Source of the DNA: an uncultured Chloroflexia bacterium | GTDB lineage: Bacteria > Chloroflexota > Limnocylindria > Limnocylindrales > CSP1-4 | Length of the DNA: 64,000 nt | Reading direction: 5' to 3' | Assembly (NCBI GenBank): GCA_963757765.1 | Contig: CAVWSL010000015.1 | Span: forward strand, 1,922,524-1,986,523 | In this document: in pieces, positions 9,572-18,678 of the stretch | Numbering within the stretch: the stretch's first letter is position 1 | How the letters are laid out: each line of letters starts with the position of its first letter | The notes under the pieces: model-generated | Database searches by the model: none | Seen by the model: the letters and a program-made list of their open reading frames with translations, nothing else | What the model was told of the DNA's origin: nothing | Program-made: the position numbers and the translations under genes

Positions 9572-9948
9572 ACGAGGGCCACGGTGTGGCGGTCATCCCG
9601 CTCGCCGACGTACCGCCCATCGAGCTGCCGGGTGGCAGCTGGAGCCGGGTGCTCCTGACCGGCGACCGGGTCGGGTCGGCGACGGCCCTCGGCTACTCCA
9701 GCTTCGCGCCCGGCACGGCCACCGCGATGCTGTCACACGCCACCGAGGAGCTTGCCTATGTGTTGACGGGCGTCGGTGAGCTCCGACTGGAGGCGGAGAC
9801 GGTGCCGTATGCGGCCGGCGCCGCGCTGTACATCCCGGCGGGTGTATGGCACGCGGTCGTGAACACTGGCAATGAACCGGTCACGATGGTGTTCGCCTTC
9901 CCGCATCCGGACTACCCTCCCACCGAGCGGCGGGTCCAGGGATCGTGA
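9568..9948 (+). CDS. Cupin domain protein
   Basis: GTG overlapping the previous TGA; SHATEELAYVLTGVG and YIPAGVWHAVVNTGNEP cupin motifs. Confidence 0.85.
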   Translation: MNEGHGVAVIPLADVPPIELPGGSWSRVLLTGDRVGSATALGYSSFAPGTATAMLSHATEELAYVLTGVGELRLEAETVPYAAGAALYIPAGVWHAVVNTGNEPVTMVFAFPHPDYPPTERRVQGS

Positions 9949-10661
9949 CCGCGCTCGACCAGCTCCGGGAGCAGGTGGCGACTGCCTGTCGGGTCATCGC
10001 CCTCGAAGGCTATGTGGACCTGACGCTCGGCCACGTCAGTGGACGCGAGCCTGGCAGCCGCACCATCTGGATCAAACGCAAGGGCGTGGCGCTCGATGAG
10101 GTCGAACCTCGGGATGTCATCGCGCTCGACCTGGACGACCCAGGGGCGCTGTCGTCGCCCGACTACCACCTTGAGTCGGTCATGCATGCCGAGGTCTATC
10201 GCGCGCGCGCCGACGTGAACTCGGTCATCCACGGTCATCCGGTGTACGGCACGGCCCTTGGAGCCACTGACGCGAACCTCGAGTTCCTGACCCACGACGC
10301 GGTGCTGTTCACGGACGGCCTGGGCATCTATGACGAGGGGCCCGCGCTGGTCACGGAGGCGAGCCAGGGACGCGCCGTGGCGGCGGCCCTCGGCGACCGC
10401 CGAGCCGCGCTGCTGCGCAACCATGGGGTCGTCATCGCGGGCGAGGACATCCGATGGGCGGTGCTCACGGCCCTCACGCTGGAGCGTGCTGTCCGGTTCC
10501 AGTCGATCGCCTCGACCCTCGGCAGCCCCCGACCCATCCCCACCGGCTCCGCGGTCGTGCTTCGACCGCAGAAATACCAGGACCGCTTCCTCGACGAGTA
10601 CTGGGCGGCCTGGGTCCGACGCCTCGACCGGACCCGGGTACCGTCGTCGGCGGATCGCTGA
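9945..10661 (+). CDS. Class II aldolase/adducin family protein; candidate 3-hydroxy-2-methylpyridine-4,5-dicarboxylate decarboxylase
   Basis: GHVSGR, LESVMHAEVYRAR, IHGHP, LLRNHG. Same fold as the Mesorhizobium HMPD decarboxylase; the specific call rests on context. Confidence 0.75.
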   Translation: MTALDQLREQVATACRVIALEGYVDLTLGHVSGREPGSRTIWIKRKGVALDEVEPRDVIALDLDDPGALSSPDYHLESVMHAEVYRARADVNSVIHGHPVYGTALGATDANLEFLTHDAVLFTDGLGIYDEGPALVTEASQGRAVAAALGDRRAALLRNHGVVIAGEDIRWAVLTALTLERAVRFQSIASTLGSPRPIPTGSAVVLRPQKYQDRFLDEYWAAWVRRLDRTRVPSSADR

Positions 10662-11125
10662 TGCGGATCGTGCCGGTGCTCAACGGTCAGGCCACACCCA
10701 TCGACGTGGAGCCACAGGAGCTCTTGCTGGATGTGCTCCGTGATCGACTGGGCCTGACCGGTGCGAAACGCTCCTGCGACGTCCAGGTCTGTGGCACGTG
10801 CACCGTGCTTGTCGATGGGCTGCCGGTGAGTGCCTGCACGTATCTCGCGCTGGAGACCGATGGCCGCGAGGTCCTGACCATCGAAGGGCTCCGGGAGACG
10901 CCGGCGTTCGGGGCCATCAGCGATGCCTTTGGTCGGCATGCGGCGGTGCAGTGCGGCTTCTGCACACCCGCCATGGCGCTGACCATCCATGCATTGCTTG
11001 CGACGGGCGAGCTGACCGACGAGGAAGCCGTGCGCCATGGGCTGGCCGGCAACCTCTGCCGGTGCACGGGCTACCGGTCCATCATCGATGCGGCCGGTGA
11101 GCTCGCGGGTGTCTCGGCACCATGA
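10661..11125 (+). CDS. Molybdenum hydroxylase [2Fe-2S] small subunit (CoxS/CutS-like)
   Basis: KRSCDVQVCGTCTVLVDG, QCGFCTP, GNLCRCTGY. Confidence 0.95.
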   Translation: MRIVPVLNGQATPIDVEPQELLLDVLRDRLGLTGAKRSCDVQVCGTCTVLVDGLPVSACTYLALETDGREVLTIEGLRETPAFGAISDAFGRHAAVQCGFCTPAMALTIHALLATGELTDEEAVRHGLAGNLCRCTGYRSIIDAAGELAGVSAP

Positions 11126-13419
11126 CCATCGAGGCACCCCGCAAGCCAGCGTTCGCGACACCCCAGGTGGGGCGCTCGATGCGCCGGGTCGACGCGGAGG
11201 AGAAGCTGCGGGGCGATGCCCGTTACGTGGGGGACATGAGTGTGCCGCGCATCCTCCACGGCAAGGTCCTGCGCAGCCCGGTCGCGCACGCCCGGATTCT
11301 CTCCATCGACACGGCAGCCGCTCTCGCGATGCCGGGCGTGGTCGCCATCCTCACCGGCGCTGATCTTCTCGACATCGACCCCTACTGGGGCCACGCCATC
11401 AAGGACCGGCCCATCGTCGCCCTCGACCGGGTGCGGTTCGCGGGTGAGCCGGTGGCTGCCGTCGCAGCCGTCGATGAAGCCGCTGCCGAGGCGGCCATCC
11501 GGGAGATCGTCGTGGAGTACGAGGAGCTACCGGTCGTGGGCACGCTCGACGACGCGCTCGCGCCCGATGCGCCGCTGGTCCACGATGGCGTCCTTCGACC
11601 GGGCGCATTCCACGGTCTGGGCACGCTGCCGGACCGGGTCGGCAACGTGTGTTACCGCTATGGCATCGACCGTGGTGACCTCGACGCCGTGTTCGCATCG
11701 GCGGACATCGTCGTGGAGGGTGACTACACCTTCCCAGGCGTTTACCAGTACTCGATGGAGACCCACTCGGTCATCGCCCAGTGGGACGCGGATGGGATCA
11801 CGATGTGGGCGACCTGCCAGCACCCGTTCCTGGTGCGCGCCGAGATCGCCGGGCTGTTCGACGTGCCCCTGGGCAAGGTGCGCATCGTGGTGCCCTACCT
11901 GGGCGGTGGCTTTGGCAGCAAGTCGTACACCAAGATGGAGCCCATCACGGTGGCTCTCGCGCGCAAGGCGGGCCGGCCGGTGAAGATCGTCAACAGCGTC
12001 GCCGAGTCGATGGTCACGAGCCGACGCCACGGCGCTCAGATCCGGATGCGGACCGCCGCGGACGACACGGGTCGGCTGCTGGCTCGCGACGTCGTCATCG
12101 TGTTCGATACGGGCGCATACGCCGACAATGGGCCACGGGTGACCGCCACGGGCGGTGATGCGGCACCCGGACCGTATCGCTGGCAGGCGGTCCGGGTCGA
12201 TGCCCTGTGTGTCTACACCAACACCGCCCCATCCGGTTCCTACCGGGCATTCGGCGCCTCGCACGTGCAGTGGGTGGGTGAGATGCAGGTGGACGAGGTC
12301 GCCCGACGGGCGGGCATCGACGCGCTTGAGGTGCGACGCCGGAACCTCCTTCGACCCGGAGAGCAGGTCCGGCCCGGCGGCAAGCCACTCGACGCCGATC
12401 TCATCGGTGACGTCGAGCAGGTGGCGGCAGCGCTCGGCTGGCACGATGCCAAGCCGGCCGACACCGGCCGCGGGCTGTCGGTGGGGCTGCTCGCAGCGGG
12501 CGCGCATCCGGTGTCGAGCGCGGTCGTCCGTCTCGAGGCGGACGGCGAGGCGATCGTGCTGGTCGGCTCCACCGAGATGGGACAGGGCCAGCGGACGGCA
12601 TTCGCCCAGATCGCGGCCGAGGTCCTGGGTGTCCAGGCGGAACGCGTCAGCTGTATCGGCACCGACACCCGATTCACGCCCTATGATCGCTCGACCGGTG
12701 CCAGCCGCTCGACCACGCTCGCGGGTCTCGCGGTCCAGCGCGCCGCACAGCAGGTCCGTGCGGACCTGCTCGAGATCGCGGCGCTCATCTGGCCGGGTCG
12801 GGAGGCGGACATCGAGCTCGCCGATGGGTCGGCCTGGTGCGGTGACGACCAGCGGACCTATGCGCAGCTGATCGCCCGGCGATTCGGACTGTCGGGCGGG
12901 CAGCTCATCGGCGAGGGCGGCGTCCACCCCGATGGCACCGGCTCGTACGCCGAGGGGCCCGTCTTCTGGGAGGTGTGCATCGGCGCCGCCGAGGTGCGCC
13001 TTGATCGCGACACTGGCGCGCTGACGGTCACCCGGACCGCGACCGTCGCGGATGTGGGCAAGGCCATCAATCCCCAGCTCGTCGAGCGCCAGGACGAGGG
13101 GGCCACGATGCAGGGCATCGGCAATGCGTTGTTCGAGGAGATGGTGTTCAGCGAGGGGTTGCTGCTCAACGATGACCTGCTCGAGTACCGCGTCCCGAAC
13201 ACCGAGGACCTGCCGGCCAGGTCTACCTGCGTCATCGTCGAGAACGGGGATGGTCCCGGCCCCTTCGGTGCGAAGGGATGTGGCGAGGGCGCGTTCGCGG
13301 GCATCATCGGTGCGCTGGCGACCGCTGTCGCGGATGCGGGCGTGCCGATGCATGAGCTGCCATTGACCCCGGAGCGGGTATGGAAACGGATCCAGCAACT
13401 GGAGGAGGTACCACGATGA
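11122..13419 (+). CDS. Xanthine dehydrogenase-family molybdopterin-binding large subunit
   Basis: LRSPVAHARI, YLGGGFGSK, SYRAFG, EMGQGQ, GAKGCGE (catalytic Glu). No CO dehydrogenase AYRCSFR motif. Confidence 0.95.
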   Translation: MTIEAPRKPAFATPQVGRSMRRVDAEEKLRGDARYVGDMSVPRILHGKVLRSPVAHARILSIDTAAALAMPGVVAILTGADLLDIDPYWGHAIKDRPIVALDRVRFAGEPVAAVAAVDEAAAEAAIREIVVEYEELPVVGTLDDALAPDAPLVHDGVLRPGAFHGLGTLPDRVGNVCYRYGIDRGDLDAVFASADIVVEGDYTFPGVYQYSMETHSVIAQWDADGITMWATCQHPFLVRAEIAGLFDVPLGKVRIVVPYLGGGFGSKSYTKMEPITVALARKAGRPVKIVNSVAESMVTSRRHGAQIRMRTAADDTGRLLARDVVIVFDTGAYADNGPRVTATGGDAAPGPYRWQAVRVDALCVYTNTAPSGSYRAFGASHVQWVGEMQVDEVARRAGIDALEVRRRNLLRPGEQVRPGGKPLDADLIGDVEQVAAALGWHDAKPADTGRGLSVGLLAAGAHPVSSAVVRLEADGEAIVLVGSTEMGQGQRTAFAQIAAEVLGVQAERVSCIGTDTRFTPYDRSTGASRSTTLAGLAVQRAAQQVRADLLEIAALIWPGREADIELADGSAWCGDDQRTYAQLIARRFGLSGGQLIGEGGVHPDGTGSYAEGPVFWEVCIGAAEVRLDRDTGALTVTRTATVADVGKAINPQLVERQDEGATMQGIGNALFEEMVFSEGLLLNDDLLEYRVPNTEDLPARSTCVIVENGDGPGPFGAKGCGEGAFAGIIGALATAVADAGVPMHELPLTPERVWKRIQQLEEVPR

Positions 13420-14336
13420 CCCGATACAGCACGGTCGCGGTGATGGGCACAGGCACGATGGGACCCGGCATGGGTGCGGTCCTGGCGCGGGCCGGCTACA
13501 AGGTGGCGCTGTACGACACGAGCACCGAGGCGCTCGAGCGTGCGAAGGCGGGCTACGAGCTCGCCTGGGGCGTCCTCGACCGGCTCGAGACCCCCGTCGT
13601 CGAGGGTGGCTCGGTGCGCTACGCGAGCGACGTGGCGGATGCCCTCGCGGGCGCCGAGTTCGTCATCGAGGCCATCCCCGAGAACCTCGAACTCAAGCAG
13701 CGGGTGTACGCCGAGTACGAGCAGCACATCGGCCCGGAGGTGATCATCGCCTCCAACACGTCGGGCATCCCGGCGACCAGGATCGCGGCCAACCTCGCCC
13801 ACCCGGAGCGGGTGATCGTCACGCACTGGTCCAACCCACCGCATCTCATCCCGATGATCGAGATCGTGCCTGGCGAGCGGACCAACCAGGCGACCATCGA
13901 CGGCGCCACGGCCGTCGTCAACGACATCGGCTACTACCCCTGCCTGCTCAAGAAGGAGGTCCCCGGCTTCGTCGAGAACCGGGTGCTCTACGCGATCATG
14001 CGCGAGTGCCTGGCGCTCGTGGACGAGGGCGTGGTGGGCATGGAGGAGCTGGACCTCAACGTCAAGTGGGGCATCGGCTACAAGCTCGCCGTCATCCCCC
14101 CGATGCAGCTGCTGGATATGGCGGGCATGGACATCTACACCGCCGTCGCCTCGTACCTCAACCCCGACCTGTCCAACACCGGCGAGGTCTCACCGACCAT
14201 CGGGGCGCAGGTCGCCAAAGGCCGCCTGGGCATGAAGACCAAGGGTGGCCTGTTCGACTACACCGACGAGCAGGTCGCGGCGCTGCGAGCCCAGCGGGGC
14301 GCGTCGCTGGTCAAGGTCCGCAAGGCGCTCAGCTAG
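13416..14336 (+). CDS. fhmpcd1: 5-formyl-3-hydroxy-2-methylpyridine-4-carboxylate 5-dehydrogenase (3-hydroxyacyl-CoA dehydrogenase fold)
   Basis: GTMGPGM, HWSNPPHLIPMIE, PGFVENRVLYA, WGIGYKLAVI, LLDMAGMDIY match the recalled Mesorhizobium FHMPC dehydrogenase; B6 gene context. Confidence 0.85.
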   Translation: MTRYSTVAVMGTGTMGPGMGAVLARAGYKVALYDTSTEALERAKAGYELAWGVLDRLETPVVEGGSVRYASDVADALAGAEFVIEAIPENLELKQRVYAEYEQHIGPEVIIASNTSGIPATRIAANLAHPERVIVTHWSNPPHLIPMIEIVPGERTNQATIDGATAVVNDIGYYPCLLKKEVPGFVENRVLYAIMRECLALVDEGVVGMEELDLNVKWGIGYKLAVIPPMQLLDMAGMDIYTAVASYLNPDLSNTGEVSPTIGAQVAKGRLGMKTKGGLFDYTDEQVAALRAQRGASLVKVRKALS

Positions 14337-14399
14337 GCATCGGCGAACCGCCCGGGTCCTCCGGGCGCGACCTCCCACGGCATCGGAAGGGAGCTTGGC

Positions 14400-15146
14400 G
14401 TGAAGATCTACCTCCTGGACCTGGGTTCGCTGGTCATCGACCGGTCGGATGTCCTGTGGCACATCGATGTCGGGACGCCGGTCCGGTTCCCGGTGTACGG
14501 CGTCTACGTCGATCATCCCGAGGGGAGGTTCCTGTTCGACACCGGGTATGACCTGGACCATGTCAACAAGGTCCTGCCATTCGAGCTGCCGGAGCAGACG
14601 CCGACCCAGACGCTGCCCGCCCAGCTGGCGCTGTGCGGCACCACGCCCGATGCCATCGACTACGTCATCAATTCACACTTCCATTTCGACCATGTCGGTG
14701 GCAACCGGTACTGCACGAACGCCACGCTTGTCACGCGCAAGGACGAGCTACGCTCGGGACTCGTGCCGGAGCCCTTCGAGCGGCTCGGCTATTCCGACCT
14801 CAGCTTCCAGTGGCCGGGTCAGAAGCGCGAGTTCATCGAAGGCGACACGCAGATCGCCAAGGGGTTGACCCTGTTCGACACCCCGGGGCACACCATCGGT
14901 CACGTGTCGATGCTGGCCGAGCCAGGGGATCGCCCGCCGATGATCTTCTGTGGCGATGCCTGCTACACGTTCGAGACGCTCGAGCGGATGATCATCGGTG
15001 GCTTCCACCTGGACCCGGTCAAGTCCATCAGCGCGCTCAAGCGCATCAAAACGATGGCCAAGACCCATGATGCCGAGATCTTCCCATCGCACGAGATGGC
15101 GCCCTGGCTCGGCTGGAAGCACGCACCCGACTTCTACGGCGTCTGA
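14400..15146 (+). CDS. 4-pyridoxolactonase (metallo-beta-lactamase fold)
   Basis: VRFPVY, DTGYDLDHVNKVLPFE, SHFHFDHVGGN, PFERLGYSDLSF, FHLDPV match the recalled Mesorhizobium 4-pyridoxolactonase. Confidence 0.9.
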   Translation: MKIYLLDLGSLVIDRSDVLWHIDVGTPVRFPVYGVYVDHPEGRFLFDTGYDLDHVNKVLPFELPEQTPTQTLPAQLALCGTTPDAIDYVINSHFHFDHVGGNRYCTNATLVTRKDELRSGLVPEPFERLGYSDLSFQWPGQKREFIEGDTQIAKGLTLFDTPGHTIGHVSMLAEPGDRPPMIFCGDACYTFETLERMIIGGFHLDPVKSISALKRIKTMAKTHDAEIFPSHEMAPWLGWKHAPDFYGV

Positions 15147-15168
15147 CAGCAGGAGGAACCAACATCCC

Positions 15169-15903
15169 ATGAAGCTCCAGGATCGCGTCGCGATCGTGAC
15201 GGGTAGTGCCCAGGGCATCGGTCGGGCCGTCGCCGACAAGTTCGCCGCGGAAGGTGCGAAGGTGGTCGTCGCGGACATCGACGCCGCCGGGGCGGCGGCC
15301 GCGGCGGCCCAGGTCCCGGGGGCCATCGCGGTCACCGTGGACGTGTCGGACCCGGTCCAGGTCACGTCGCTCATCGAGCAGACCGTTGCCGCCTTCGGCA
15401 CGCTCGACATCCTCGTCAACAACGCCGCCATCGTGCCCTTCACCGCATGGGACGACATCGACTTCGCCGAGTGGCGGCGGATCATGTCCGTCAACCTCGA
15501 TGGGGTGTTCCTCACCTGCCGGGCGGCATCGGATGAGATGCGCAAGCACGGCTACGGGCGCATCGTGAACATCGCCTCCAATGTCATCGTCGCGGGCACG
15601 CCGAACCTCGCCCACTACGTGGCATCGAAGGGCGGCGTCTTCGCGTTCACCCGGGCGCTCGCCACGGAGCTGGGCAAGTACGGCATCACCGTCAACGCGG
15701 TGGCGCCCGGCCTGACCGAGACGGAGGGCACGCTCGCATCGCCCCACGCGGGGGCGTTCGACTTCGTGCAGTCACTCCAGGCCATCCCGCGACGAGGGCT
15801 GGCCGCTGACATCGCGCCATCCGTGGCGTTCCTCGCCTCCGAAGAGGCCGCCTGGGTCACCGGCTCGATGCTGGTGGTCGATGGCGGCCACACCCGGCAC
15901 TGA
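15169..15903 (+). CDS. pldh: Pyridoxal 4-dehydrogenase (SDR)
   Basis: ATG 15169 with AGGAGG RBS; NNAAIVPFTAWDD, AGTPNLAHYVASKGG, FTRALATELGKY, ASPH...AF.FV..LQA and C-terminal RH, all typical of Pldh. Confidence 0.9.
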   Translation: MKLQDRVAIVTGSAQGIGRAVADKFAAEGAKVVVADIDAAGAAAAAAQVPGAIAVTVDVSDPVQVTSLIEQTVAAFGTLDILVNNAAIVPFTAWDDIDFAEWRRIMSVNLDGVFLTCRAASDEMRKHGYGRIVNIASNVIVAGTPNLAHYVASKGGVFAFTRALATELGKYGITVNAVAPGLTETEGTLASPHAGAFDFVQSLQAIPRRGLAADIAPSVAFLASEEAAWVTGSMLVVDGGHTRH

Positions 15904-16301
15904 TGGCCGAAGTGCCGGTCACCCGGATCGGGACCATCCTGGCGGTCACCGATGTGCCCCGGTCCGTGGCGTTCTACCGCGACCACCTGGGCTTCGGCGT
16001 GGAGGCGACCTACGACGACCCGCCGTACGCGACGCTCGTGCGCGAGGGCGTCCGGCTGTCATTGGCAGAGCAGGGGCATGCGTCGCCCGATCGGCCGGGG
16101 GTCACCTTGGCGGTGCCGGCCGATGCCGGACGGCAATCGGTTGTGCTCGTGCTCGAGGTGGCGGATGCGCTCGCTGCCCATGCCGTCCTCGCGGCTGAAG
16201 GTGTGCCATTCCTGGCCACGCCGTACGCTCCGCCGTGGGGCGGCCTCCGGTTCTTCGTGATCGATCCGGACGACTACCTCGTAGAGGTCGAGCAACCGTG
16301 A
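15903..16301 (+). CDS. VOC/glyoxalase (bleomycin-resistance-like) protein
   Basis: LAVTDVPRSVAFYRDHLGF, PWGGLRFFVIDPDDYLVEV. Confidence 0.85.
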   Translation: MAEVPVTRIGTILAVTDVPRSVAFYRDHLGFGVEATYDDPPYATLVREGVRLSLAEQGHASPDRPGVTLAVPADAGRQSVVLVLEVADALAAHAVLAAEGVPFLATPYAPPWGGLRFFVIDPDDYLVEVEQP

Positions 16302-17329
16302 GGGCCGTCGTGCTCGCGGGACCGGGCGACCTGGCTGTCCGGGAGGTGGCCGACCCGGTCATCGGCAACCCCACCGACGCGGTCGTGCGTGTCACCACGA
16401 CCGCGCTCTGCGGCGCCGACCTGTTCCCGTTCCATGGACATGTTCCCGGCTTCGAGGCGGGCACGATCCTGGGCCATGAGTTCGTGGGTGTCGTCGAGTC
16501 TGCGGGCTCGGCGGTCACCTCTGTCGCTGCCGGGGACAGGGTCGTCTCGACCTCGACCATCTCTTGTGGGCGTTGTGCCCACTGTCAGGCCGGTCGTTCC
16601 TCGCAATGCCCCGACCGGGCGCTGTTCGGATACTCGGGGGTGTACCAGCGACTGGACGGCGGCCAGGCGGAGCTGGTCCGGGTGCCCATGGCCGACCGCT
16701 GCCTGCGGGCTCTACCGGACGCGGTCAGCGATGAGGCAGCCGTCTTTGTCGCGGACATGCTGCCGACCGGCTACAGCGCCGTCCGTCGTGCGGACCTTTC
16801 CATGGGCGACGTGGCCGTCGTCGTCGGCTGCGGCACGGTCGGGCAGATGGCCATCCTCTTCGCGAAGCGCGTGGCGCGCATCGTCATCGCGGTCGATGGC
16901 ATCCCAGCTCGACGGGCCCTGGCAGAGCGCTTCGGCGCCGTCGCGGTGACCCCGGATGCGGCTGTGGATGCCATCTCGGCGGTGACCGGAGGGCTGGGTG
17001 CGGATGCGGTCATCGAGGCCGCTGGGAGCGCAGGCGCCTTGACGGCCGCGCTCACCTACGCACGCGGCCAGGGCACCATATCCGTGGTCGGTGCTCACTT
17101 CGAGCCCGACTATCCCCTGAACAACGGGCTCATGTTCGAGCGCGAGCTGACCCTTCGCGTCACCTGGGGCCATCCGTTCAACGACCGCGACCGGATCCTG
17201 GCGTTCATGGCATCAGGCGTGATCGACCCGACACCATCGATCACCCATCGCTTCGCGCTGGCGGACGCGGCGGAGGCGTACCGGGCGTTCGATACGCGCG
17301 AGGCGATCAAGGTGTTGCTCACGCCATAG
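16298..17329 (+). CDS. Zinc-dependent alcohol dehydrogenase (MDR)
   Basis: CGAD, GHEFVG, CGRCAHC...C, DMLPTGY, GCGTVG; GTG overlaps the upstream stop. Confidence 0.9.
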   Translation: MRAVVLAGPGDLAVREVADPVIGNPTDAVVRVTTTALCGADLFPFHGHVPGFEAGTILGHEFVGVVESAGSAVTSVAAGDRVVSTSTISCGRCAHCQAGRSSQCPDRALFGYSGVYQRLDGGQAELVRVPMADRCLRALPDAVSDEAAVFVADMLPTGYSAVRRADLSMGDVAVVVGCGTVGQMAILFAKRVARIVIAVDGIPARRALAERFGAVAVTPDAAVDAISAVTGGLGADAVIEAAGSAGALTAALTYARGQGTISVVGAHFEPDYPLNNGLMFERELTLRVTWGHPFNDRDRILAFMASGVIDPTPSITHRFALADAAEAYRAFDTREAIKVLLTP

Positions 17330-17425
17330 CACGTGAGCTCGCACATCGGGACATGGAAGCGCCGGGGACATCGGTCGTGGTCCCCGGCGCTCCGTGATGG
17401 GTCCGACACTGCCCGGACGATGGTG

Positions 17426-17911
17426 CTAGCCGATCTGGATCGGCCCGCCGTCGCCCGGATCGGGCGCCGTTCCCCTGACGAGGCCCATCGTATGGATGAC
17501 CACGGTCCGGGATCCATACACGATGGTCACGTCCACAGGTACGTCTCCCGGAGTCTCCGTGGCTCTCACCGGCACCCATGCCCGAGCGAGGACGACCTGG
17601 CCCCGGCGATGGCGGGACGGTGTCGGGCCGTGATGACCCCGATGGCCCCGGCGGTCGCGTCGGGTCTGTAGCGTCACGCTCACATCGCCCGACGCGAAGT
17701 GCACGACGGCCGAGGCCGAGAAGGCTGTGCCGGGGGCGCTACCGAGCACCACGGCATCGACCCGCAGGCTACCGCCCTGGTCGGCCGCGCCAGCGCCGGC
17801 CCCGAATGATGGCGCGGGCCAGTGCCGGCCTCGGTCGTGTGCGCTGACCGTCCCGCCGACCAGCGTCACCAGCATCAGGCTGAGCGCTGCGACAAGTGTC
17901 CCTCGTCTCAT
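17426..17911 (-). CDS. Hypothetical secreted protein
   Basis: ATG 17911 with GGGAGG RBS; signal peptide MRRGTLVAALSLMLVTLVGGTVSA; beta-rich body with an Arg/His-rich loop. Confidence 0.65.
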   Translation of the reverse strand: MRRGTLVAALSLMLVTLVGGTVSAHDRGRHWPAPSFGAGAGAADQGGSLRVDAVVLGSAPGTAFSASAVVHFASGDVSVTLQTRRDRRGHRGHHGPTPSRHRRGQVVLARAWVPVRATETPGDVPVDVTIVYGSRTVVIHTMGLVRGTAPDPGDGGPIQIG

Positions 17912-18181
17912 GACTCGATCCTCCCTGTGGAATCTCACGATCGTGATGTGGATGGCCGAGACCGGGTGCACGCGGCCGTCCGAACCCTTCCGCCTGCGTA
18001 CGACGAACACGCTGGCTGCTGCGAGAACGTATCGGGGCGACGCAGCCGGTCAAGGCAGCCGAAGGTCCTGCGCGGTGCGAATGAACAACGCCCCCGGGTA
18101 CCGTGGCCCGCGTACTTCCTGCCTCCCCATATGGTCGGTCGTGGCCGATGGCAGCGAGTGCAGGGCGGTTCGTGGCAGGCC

Positions 18182-18673
18182 TCAGGACTCCCCCGTTGGG
18201 GCATGCCGCCGCCGCCCGAGGACCGCGATCGCGGCACCGACCACCAGCGCCAGCGCGGCGACGACGAGGCCGGCCATCAGCAGCGACCAGGCCGCAAGCT
18301 CGGCCGCGGCTCGACTCGGCACGCCGCCCCAATGGCCGCCCACGTCATAGAACAACCGGATCGTCGTTGGTCCGGGCACACCCAGCAGGTCGAAGGTCAC
18401 CGTCGCCCGGTGCCCGCTCTGGCCCGGGTCGGTCGCCTCGCCGGGCTCGACGAGGGCCGAAATGATGAGCGGGTGGGAAGCCGCGAGCCCCCGTGTGCGT
18501 GCCGCGGTCACCGTGTCCTGGCAGACCTGGCCATCAAGACCGGGGGCGCAGACGATCCGCAGTGGCGCGACGCCCGACGCGAGGGACGCCAGGAGCGCCA
18601 CGCCGAGCATGCAGCCGACGAGCGTGATGAAGCCGAGCAGCAGCCTCGGGACGGTACCACCCGGATCGCTCAA
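18182..18673 (-). CDS. Hypothetical membrane protein (two TM helices)
   Basis: Hydrophobic N- and C-terminal helices flank a soluble loop with a Cys pair. The start is uncertain. Confidence 0.6.
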   Translation of the reverse strand: MSDPGGTVPRLLLGFITLVGCMLGVALLASLASGVAPLRIVCAPGLDGQVCQDTVTAARTRGLAASHPLIISALVEPGEATDPGQSGHRATVTFDLLGVPGPTTIRLFYDVGGHWGGVPSRAAAELAAWSLLMAGLVVAALALVVGAAIAVLGRRRHAPTGES

Positions 18674-18678
18674 CCGGG

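Noticed and set aside
10661-13419. Aerobic CO dehydrogenase (coxMSLG)
   Set aside because: The large-subunit loop is SYRAFG, not AYRCSFR (form I) or AYRGAGR (form II), and the context is pyridine catabolism.
13416-14336. Fatty-acid 3-hydroxyacyl-CoA dehydrogenase
   Set aside because: HWSNPPH and WGIGYK motifs plus context fit FHMPC dehydrogenase better.
14400-15146. Quorum-quenching AHL lactonase
   Set aside because: Same fold, but sequence blocks and neighbours point to 4-pyridoxolactonase.
17912-18181. Riboswitch or ncRNA in the intergenic region
   Set aside because: No recognisable conserved aptamer motifs by eye. An Rfam/Infernal scan would be decisive.
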